NCBI GenBank assembly: GCA_963771275.1
Contig: CAVYSW010000003.1
Span: 1,664,001 to 1,728,000 of the forward strand
Length of the DNA: 64,000 nucleotides
Source: an uncultured Gemmatimonadales bacterium
GTDB taxonomy: Bacteria; Gemmatimonadota; Gemmatimonadetes; Gemmatimonadales; GWC2-71-9
Reading direction: 5' to 3'
This document shows, one piece after another, positions 56,183 through 64,000 of the stretch (position 1 is the first letter of the stretch; each line of letters opens with the position of its first letter). Under the pieces are notes generated by a model that worked only from the letters and a program-made list of their open reading frames with translations, did no database searches and was not told the origin of the DNA. The position numbers and the translations under genes are program-made.

Positions 56183-58471
56183 ATGGCGAAGTCACGCAGC
56201 GCACTGGTGATCGTCGAGTCCCCCACCAAGGCCAAGACGGTGGGGAAGTACCTCAAAGACCTCGGCGGTGAATTCAAGAGTTACGCGGTCAAGGCGACGG
56301 TCGGGCACCTGCGCGACCTGCCGCAGCGCGAGCTGGGCGTGGACGTCGACAACGATTTCGCGCCCAAGTACGTGACGATCCGCGGCAAGGCGAAGACCCT
56401 GGCGGAGCTGAAGAAGGCCGCCAAGGCGGTGGACGCCGTCTACCTCGCCACCGATCCGGATCGCGAGGGCGAGGCGATCGCCTGGCACGTGGCGGATCAG
56501 CTGGGCTCGGGGCCCGACGTGCGGCGCGTGCTGTTCCACGAGATCACGCGCGATGCCGTGCGAGAGGCCATCCGGCATCCCATCGCCATCGACGACCTCA
56601 AGGTCGAAGCGCAGCAGGCTCGGCGCATCCTCGATCGCCTGGTGGGCTACAAGGCGAGTCCGCTGCTCTGGAAGTCGATCAAGACCGGCCTGTCCGCGGG
56701 CCGCGTGCAGACCGTTGCCCTGCGTCTCATCGTGGAGCGCGAGGAGGAGATCCGCGCGTTCACGCCGCAGGAGTACTGGACCATCGAGGCGGAGCTCGAG
56801 GCCAAGCGCAAGCGCTTCGAAGCCAGGCTGCACAAGATCGCCGGGCACAAGCCCGAGCTGCCCGACGAGGCCGCGGCCCGCAAGGTCGTCAAGGCGGTTA
56901 CCGGCAAGCCGTTCGTCGTCTCGGAGGTGTCGCGCAAGCAGCGGCGCAAGCACGCGCCGCCGCCGTTCACCACGAGCACGCTGCAGCAGGAGGCGGCCAA
57001 GCAGCTGGGCTTCTCCGCGCAGCGCACCATGCGGACGGCACAGCAGCTGTATGAGGGCGTCGAGATCGGCGACGAGGGGGCGGTCGGCCTCATCACCTAC
57101 ATGCGCACCGATTCCACGCGCGTCGCGCCGTCGGCGATCGAGGCCGTGCGCGCGTTCATCAAGACGGCGTTCTCGGCCAAGTATCTCCCGGCGCAGCCCA
57201 ACGTGTTCTCGGGCAAGGGCTCGGCCCGGGCGCAGGACGCGCATGAGGCGATCCGGCCGTCGGATGTGCTCCGTCGCCCGGACCGGGTCAAGAAGTGGCT
57301 GTCGCCGGACCAGTTCCGCCTGTACCAGCTCGTCTGGCAGCGGTTCGTGGGCTCGCAGATGACCCCCGTCGTCTACGACACCACGACGATCGACTTCACG
57401 GTCGGCCAGTACCTGTTCCGCGCCACGGGCTCGGTGGTCGTGTTCGACGGGTATCATGCCGTGTTCCACGAGGGACACGAGGCGGAAGAGGGCCGTACGC
57501 TCGAGGACCTCAAGCCCGTGCCCGTCCTGGACAAGGGCGACGAGGCGAAGGTCCGGCAGATCACGCCGAGCCAGCACTTCACCGACCCGCCGCCGCGCTA
57601 CTCGGAGGCGAGTCTCGTCAAGGAGCTCGAGAAGCGGGGTATCGGGCGGCCGAGCACCTACAGCGCGATCATCTCGACGCTGCGCCAACGGGACTACGTC
57701 TCGCTCAAGGACCGGCGGTTCCAGCCGACGTCGCTCGGCGAGACGGTGTCCCGCGTGCTCGTGGCGCGGTTCCCGGACATCTTCAACGTCGAGTTCACCT
57801 CCGAGATGGAAAACGAGCTGGACAAGGTGGAGGAGGGCGAGCTGCGCTGGGTCCAGGTGCTGCGGAACTTCTACGGCCCGTTCGCCAAGGCCCTGGAGAA
57901 CGTGGACACGGCGGCGATGATCCGTGAGGCCCACGACGTCGGGGGCCTCGAGGGTCAGCCCTGCCCGCAGTGCGGCAAGGGGACGCTCGCGATTCGGAGC
58001 GGGCGCTTCGGGCCGTTCATCGCCTGCTCCACGTATCCCGAGTGCCGCTACACCAAGCCGCTCAGGCGCGATCGGGCGCCGGATCGGCCGACCGACGAGA
58101 AGTGCGCGGAATGCGGCGCGCCGATGGTCATCAAGACCGGCCGGTTCGGCGAGTTCCTCGCCTGCACGCGCTATCCGGAGTGCAAGCATACCCGCCCGAT
58201 CCCGTTGGGCGTGAAGTGCCCGCGCTGCGGCGAGGGGGATCTGGCCGAGCGGCGGACCAAGCGTGGTCGATCGTTCTTCGGCTGCACGCGCTATCCCGCG
58301 TGCGACTTCTCGACGTGGTACCGGCCGAAGACCGACGTCTGTCCCGAGTGCGGTTTCGTCGGCGCGGAGCAACGCTCGACGAAGGCGCGCGGCGAGTACC
58401 GCAAGTGCCTCAAGTGCGGCGCGGAGTTCCTGCCGGCGGAGGAGGGCGCAGCCGCACCGGCCGGCCCGTGA
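56183..58471 (+). CDS. topA: DNA topoisomerase I
   Basis: LVIVESP, ATDPDREGE, SAGRVQ, LITYMRTDS, C-terminal zinc ribbons. Confidence 0.97.
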   Translation: MAKSRSALVIVESPTKAKTVGKYLKDLGGEFKSYAVKATVGHLRDLPQRELGVDVDNDFAPKYVTIRGKAKTLAELKKAAKAVDAVYLATDPDREGEAIAWHVADQLGSGPDVRRVLFHEITRDAVREAIRHPIAIDDLKVEAQQARRILDRLVGYKASPLLWKSIKTGLSAGRVQTVALRLIVEREEEIRAFTPQEYWTIEAELEAKRKRFEARLHKIAGHKPELPDEAAARKVVKAVTGKPFVVSEVSRKQRRKHAPPPFTTSTLQQEAAKQLGFSAQRTMRTAQQLYEGVEIGDEGAVGLITYMRTDSTRVAPSAIEAVRAFIKTAFSAKYLPAQPNVFSGKGSARAQDAHEAIRPSDVLRRPDRVKKWLSPDQFRLYQLVWQRFVGSQMTPVVYDTTTIDFTVGQYLFRATGSVVVFDGYHAVFHEGHEAEEGRTLEDLKPVPVLDKGDEAKVRQITPSQHFTDPPPRYSEASLVKELEKRGIGRPSTYSAIISTLRQRDYVSLKDRRFQPTSLGETVSRVLVARFPDIFNVEFTSEMENELDKVEEGELRWVQVLRNFYGPFAKALENVDTAAMIREAHDVGGLEGQPCPQCGKGTLAIRSGRFGPFIACSTYPECRYTKPLRRDRAPDRPTDEKCAECGAPMVIKTGRFGEFLACTRYPECKHTRPIPLGVKCPRCGEGDLAERRTKRGRSFFGCTRYPACDFSTWYRPKTDVCPECGFVGAEQRSTKARGEYRKCLKCGAEFLPAEEGAAAPAGP

Positions 58472-59781
58472 CGGTCACGGTGGTGGGTGGCGGCCTCGCC
58501 GGGTGCGAGGCCGCGTGGGTGCTGGCGGAGGGGGGCCACGAGGTGGTGCTCCACGAGATGCGCCCCGGGGTCGCGACGCCCGCCCACCGCACCGATCGGC
58601 TCGCCGAGATCGTCTGCAGCAACACCTTCAAGTCGACCGAGCTTACCAACGCGCACGGACTGCTCAAGGCCGAGCTCCGCCTGCTCGGCAGCCTCCTGCT
58701 GGACGTCGCGGAGGGCGTGCGCGTGCCCGGTGGCGCCGCGCTCGCGGTGGATCGCGACCTGTTCAGCGCGGAAGTGACGCGTCGGGTGACGGCGCACGCG
58801 CGCATCAGGCTGGTGCGGGATGAGATGACGGACCTCACGTCGCCGGCCGTCGTGGCGACGGGGCCGCTCACGTCCACCACCCTCGCCGACCGCATCGCGC
58901 AGCGTCTGGGGCAGCAGGCCCTGTCGTTCTACGACGCGATCGCGCCGATCGTGAGCAGCGAGTCGCTCGACCTGTCCCGGCTGTACCGCGGCTCGCGCTA
59001 CGGCAAGGGCGGGGGAGCGGACTATCTCAACGCGCCGCTCACCCGGGAGGAGTACGCCGCCTTCGTGGACGCGCTGCGCGCGGGGGACCAGTTCACCCCG
59101 CACGCGTTCGACCGCGTGCCGTACTTCGAGGGCTGCCTTCCCATCGAGGAGATGGCCGGCCGGGGGGAGGACGTCCTGCGGTTCGGGCCCCTCAAGCCGG
59201 TCGGCCTCCCGGATCCCCGGACGGGGCGGGTGCCGCACGCGGTGGTGCAGCTGCGCCAGGAGGACCGTGCGGGCCAAATGTGGAATCTCGTCGGGTTTCA
59301 GACGCGACTCCGCATTCCGGAGCAGCAGCGGATCTTCCGGACCCTGCCCGGACTCGCTGCCGCCGAGTTTCTGCGGTGGGGGAGCCTGCACCGCAACACC
59401 TATCTCAACGCGCCCGCCGCGCTGAGCGCGCATCTCTCGGCTCCGGACGATCCGTGCCTGCTCTTCGCCGGCCAGCTGGTGGGTGTGGAGGGATACACGG
59501 AGTCGCTCGGCACCGGTCTCCTGGCCGGCATCAACCTCGCGCGCCTGCTCGCGGGAGCGGCCCCGCTGGTGCCCCCGCCGGAGACCATGCTCGGCAGCCT
59601 GGTGCGCTACCTGCACGCGGCCGATCCCGCCCACTTCCAGCCGATGAACGCGAACTTCGGGCTGCTCCCGCCGCTGGATGAGCGCGTGCGGGACCGCCAG
59701 GCGCGGAAGCACGGTCTGGCGGAGCGCGCGCTCGGCGCCATGGGCGGGTTCGCGCGCGACCTCGCCCGCGCCGTCGCCTGA
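58468..59781 (+). CDS. trmFO: Folate-dependent tRNA (uracil-54) methyltransferase
   Basis: GGGLAGCEAA, EIVCSN, FYDAIAP, YFEGCLPIE, VGFQTRL, HRNTY, GVEGY, FQPMNANFG. Confidence 0.95.
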   Translation: MTVTVVGGGLAGCEAAWVLAEGGHEVVLHEMRPGVATPAHRTDRLAEIVCSNTFKSTELTNAHGLLKAELRLLGSLLLDVAEGVRVPGGAALAVDRDLFSAEVTRRVTAHARIRLVRDEMTDLTSPAVVATGPLTSTTLADRIAQRLGQQALSFYDAIAPIVSSESLDLSRLYRGSRYGKGGGADYLNAPLTREEYAAFVDALRAGDQFTPHAFDRVPYFEGCLPIEEMAGRGEDVLRFGPLKPVGLPDPRTGRVPHAVVQLRQEDRAGQMWNLVGFQTRLRIPEQQRIFRTLPGLAAAEFLRWGSLHRNTYLNAPAALSAHLSAPDDPCLLFAGQLVGVEGYTESLGTGLLAGINLARLLAGAAPLVPPPETMLGSLVRYLHAADPAHFQPMNANFGLLPPLDERVRDRQARKHGLAERALGAMGGFARDLARAVA

Positions 59782-59783
59782 GC

Positions 59784-60716
59784 GTGCTCCCCGCTCCGCG
59801 CCCCGAAGTGGAGGAGTTCCTCCTGTTCCTCGGCAAGGAGCGGAACGACTCGCCTCACACGGTGCGCGCCTACGCCCGCGACCTGCAGCAGTTCCAGCGC
59901 TTCGCGGACGAGTACTACGGGGGAGCGTGGGACTGGCGGGGCGTCGACCGGCTCGCGATCCGGAGCTTCATGGGGGCGCTGGCGCGGGCCGGGCAGGCCA
60001 AGCGCTCCGTGGCGCGCGCGGTGTCCGCGCTGCGCACGTTCTACCGGTTCCTGGGTCTGCGACACGGCTACGACCGCAACCCCGCGCGCAGCGTGCGGCT
60101 GCCCCGCGGCGAGCGGCGCCTGCCGGCGGTGCTGGACCGCGCGCAGATGGAGCAGCTCTTCGCGATCGCGGTGGACGCGGCGGAGCGGGGCGGGTTCCAG
60201 GCGGCGCGCGATCTGACCATGCTGGAGCTGCTCTACGGGACGGGGATGCGTCTGGCCGAGCTGGCGCAGCTCAACGCGGGCGACGTCGACGGAATCGCGG
60301 ACCAGGTGAAGGTGCGAGGCAAGGGGCGGAAGGAGCGGATCCTCCCGGTGGGACGCCATGCCCTCAAGGCGCTGCGGCGTTACGAGCGGGAGCGCGAGAC
60401 CTTGCTGGCGGGTCGCCCCGCCGGAGCCGGGGACCGGCGCGCGCTGTTCCTGGCGCGCAGCGGCCGGCGCCTGTCGCCGCGAGCGATCCAGTGGGCGGTG
60501 CGCCGCTACCTGCGGCTCGTGGGGGAGCGCGCCGGCCTCAAGGTGCACTCGCTGCGCCACAGTTTCGCGACGCACTTGCTCGACGCGGGCGCCGATCTCC
60601 GCGCGGTGCAGGAGCTGCTGGGGCACAGCTCGCTCAGCACGACGCAGGTGTATACTCATACCAGCGTGGAGCGGCTGAAAAAGGTGTATCTGCAGGCGCA
60701 TCCGCGGGCGAGGTAG
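59784..60716 (+). CDS. xerC: Tyrosine recombinase XerC
   Basis: SPHTVRAY, GMRLAEL, GKGRKER, HSLRHSFATHLL, LLGH, TQVY; topA-trmFO-xerC-hslVU synteny. Confidence 0.9.
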   Translation: MLPAPRPEVEEFLLFLGKERNDSPHTVRAYARDLQQFQRFADEYYGGAWDWRGVDRLAIRSFMGALARAGQAKRSVARAVSALRTFYRFLGLRHGYDRNPARSVRLPRGERRLPAVLDRAQMEQLFAIAVDAAERGGFQAARDLTMLELLYGTGMRLAELAQLNAGDVDGIADQVKVRGKGRKERILPVGRHALKALRRYERERETLLAGRPAGAGDRRALFLARSGRRLSPRAIQWAVRRYLRLVGERAGLKVHSLRHSFATHLLDAGADLRAVQELLGHSSLSTTQVYTHTSVERLKKVYLQAHPRAR

Positions 60717-60717
60717 A

Positions 60718-60818
60718 GAATGTCCAATGCTCAATGTTCAAGTGAACTGCGGTGGCCCTTGGACATTGAGCATTGAGTCTTGAGCATTGAGTCTTGAGCA
60801 TTGAGCATTGAGCATTGA
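60718..60818. repeat. Heptamer array with inverted arms (caatgct / ttgagca)
   Basis: gaatgtc caatgct caatgtt caagtga ... ttggaca ttgagca ttgagtc ttgagca ttgagtc ttgagca ttgagca ttgagca ttgagg. Confidence 0.9.
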
Positions 60819-60828
60819 GGAGGGGTCG

Positions 60829-61370
60829 GTGAGAATCCGCGTGCGCGCCACGACGATCCTCTGCGTCCGGAAGGACGCCCAAGTGGTGATGGGGGGCGAC
60901 GGGCAGGTCACCGTGGGCGACACGGTGATGAAGTCACATGCCACCAAGGTCCGCCTGCTCGCGGGCGGCAAGGTGCTCGCCGGGTTCGCCGGCGCCGCCG
61001 CCGACGCGTTCACGCTGTTCGAGAAGTTCGAGGAGAAGCTCGAGCGGTTCCCCGCGAACCTGCCGCGCGCCGCTGTGGAGCTGGCCAAGGACTGGCGCAG
61101 TGACCGGATCCTCCGGCGGCTCGAGGCGCTGCTCGCGGTCGCCGACGTGAAGCATGGGTTCGTGCTGAGTGGCAGCGGGGAGCTGATCGAGCCCGACGAC
61201 GGCGTACTGGCGATCGGGAGCGGGGGCAACTACGCGCTGGCGGCGGCGCGGGCGCTGTTGCCCACGCCGGCCGGCGCGCGGGAGATCGTGCAGCAGAGCC
61301 TCGAGATCGCGGCCGATATCTGCGTCTTCACGAACCGTAACATCACGCTCGTCGAGCTGGGGACCGGGAA

Positions 61371-61374
<4 letters not shown>
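60829..61374 (+). CDS. hslV: ATP-dependent protease subunit HslV
   Basis: Short propeptide then [35 protein letters not shown]. Confidence 0.96.
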
Positions 61375-62918
<1,544 letters not shown>

Positions 62919-62929
62919 GGGGACGGGCG

Positions 62930-63340
62930 CTAGGTGGCTTCGGGGCTGGAATCCGCCTCCTCGCCCTCGGACTGGCCGCCGTAGGATCTCCGGTCGCCGC
63001 TCAGGCCCAGGAACAAGGTGAGCCCTTCATCGATCGCCCGCATTTCTTCCGATCGGATCTGACCATAGCTCCGGCGGATTCGGCGCTTGTCAACCGACCG
63101 AACCTGATCAATCAGAGCATACGAGCGGCTGGTCAAGCCACTGGAACCGGCGTCCAACGCCGGATACAGGGCGCCGGCGGCCGCCGTCCGCGTAACCGGA
63201 ACGACTGCGATCAGCGGGAAGCGCTGATCCGCCGTGACGTCCGGATCACTTACCGCGATACAGGGCCGGAGACCGCGTTGTTCGTGTCCTCTCGTGGGAT
63301 TGAGGTCCAGCAGGAGCACGGTTCCACGAGTTGGCTTCAC
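62930..63340 (-). CDS. mazF: PemK/MazF family endoribonuclease toxin
   Basis: RGTV...LNPTRGHEQRGLRPCIAVS, VVPVT, DQVRSVDKRRI. Confidence 0.9.
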   Translation of the reverse strand: MKPTRGTVLLLDLNPTRGHEQRGLRPCIAVSDPDVTADQRFPLIAVVPVTRTAAAGALYPALDAGSSGLTSRSYALIDQVRSVDKRRIRRSYGQIRSEEMRAIDEGLTLFLGLSGDRRSYGGQSEGEEADSSPEAT

Positions 63341-63645
63341 TGGTCGCCCTCGATCCAGCCATTGCCGGGCACCCAGCGAACCGGCGAGCCGGCACCGAGG
63401 TCAACCAGATCCGATGCTGGCTCTTCCGGCAGCCGCCCTGCCCAGTCATCGAAGCCTGCTTCCGCCAACGCTTCAGCCTCTGCGTGCGGGGTCGCGAGCG
63501 ACTTCCGCAGCTCCTCGCGTCGGCGACGCCCAAGCTCGCGTTGCACCGCCTCCAAAACGAAGCCGCTCCGGTTCTTCTCCCGGCGATCAATCTCCTGAAC
63601 CACGTCGCCGGGCAATGTCACGGTGATACGGGCTGTCGTGGACAT
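63337..63645 (-). CDS. Ribbon-helix-helix antitoxin
   Basis: RITVTLP...EID...[13 protein letters not shown] pattern, acidic C-terminus, GTGA overlap with the toxin. Confidence 0.82.
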   Translation of the reverse strand: MSTTARITVTLPGDVVQEIDRREKNRSGFVLEAVQRELGRRRREELRKSLATPHAEAEALAEAGFDDWAGRLPEEPASDLVDLGAGSPVRWVPGNGWIEGDQ

Positions 63646-63666
63646 GGCACGCCTCCAGAGCCACAC

Positions 63667-63703
63667 TCATACTTAAAGTAGGATCATACCGGGCGTGGTG
63701 CAA
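63667..63703 (-). promoter_or_regulatory. TA operon promoter with overlapping operator
   Basis: Minus strand TTGCAC-N17-TACTTT; imperfect inverted repeat tcatactt-a-aagtagga and repeated tcatac over the -10. Confidence 0.6.
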
Positions 63704-63731
63704 GAGGACGGAGCTAACGGAGCGCTACCGA

Positions 63732-63937
63732 CGCTTCCCCATTCGGGTCGAGCTCAAGCCGCTCACCGAGGACGACTTCGTGCGGATCATGACGGAGCCG
63801 GAGAACGCGCTCGCCAAGCAGTGCCAGGCGCCGTGCGCCGCCGGGGGGATCACCCTCGAGTTCGGCGCGGGCCCGCGGTCCGGGAGCGCCCGACGCGCAT
63901 CGTGGAGAACGAGGACCTGCGGAAGTACATCCTGTAG
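63732..63937 (+). pseudogene. Decayed duplicate of the hslU 3' end with an internal deletion
   Basis: 63732-63864 aligns to 62559-62691 (11 mismatches in 133) and 63875-63937 to 62856-62918 (6 in 63), including the stop codon. Confidence 0.92.
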
Positions 63938-64000
63938 GGAACCAGTCCACCGGCCCGGCTATGCACCGCCTATGTTGCTTTCCTGGTCCCCGCTCAGCGT

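Noticed and set aside
59784..60716. Tyrosine recombinase as an island or phage integrase
   Set aside because: Size, motifs and topA-trmFO-xerC-hslVU context indicate housekeeping XerC
63695..63937. 80-aa ORF ending [12 protein letters not shown] as a real gene
   Set aside because: Mostly an out-of-frame reading of the hslU remnant that rejoins the frame only after the deletion

Overview
Very GC-rich bacterial chromosomal segment. Gene content and order suggest Gemmatimonadota, an FCB-group relative outside Bacteroidota (inference, no search run). Left to right: ccmC plus a tiny ccmD-like gene; a long minus-strand operon (ECF sigma, zinc-finger anti-sigma, DUF92, FAD oxidoreductase, methyltransferase, SRPBCC cyclase, FabF-type ketosynthase, aquaporin, TPR-like protein); a V4R protein and an M24 peptidase; an outer-membrane operon (TonB-dependent-receptor-like barrel, 1307-aa secreted protein with a T9SS-type C-terminal sorting domain, PorV-family barrel, GWxTD protein, PPC-domain lipoprotein); ctaA; an APC permease; lptG/lptF divergent from a ~2040-aa SprA homologue that is coupled to a glutaminyl-cyclase-like M28 lipoprotein; comEA; a type IVa pilus locus (pilB-pilT-pilC, two sigma54 two-component pairs, two pilin paralogues, pilV/W/X-like genes, pilMNOPQ); aroC-aroK; topA-trmFO-xerC-hslV-hslU; and a MazEF-type toxin-antitoxin pair bracketed by a decayed copy of the hslU 3' end. 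The main candidates for new biology are (1) a compact T9SS-like SprA/PorV/CTD-cargo/TonB-receptor/GWxTD module with no porKLMN in the window, (2) a glutaminyl cyclase 'Q-rule' signature tied to it, (3) a G-quadruplex-capable G-tract cluster in front of the sigma54 pilin promoter, (4) a family of heptamer-armed intergenic hairpins, and (5) a ketosynthase-cyclase-methyltransferase-oxidoreductase cluster in the same operon as a ZAS-type ECF pair. No rRNA, tRNA, CRISPR array or transposase was recognised. All product calls come from motif recognition by eye.
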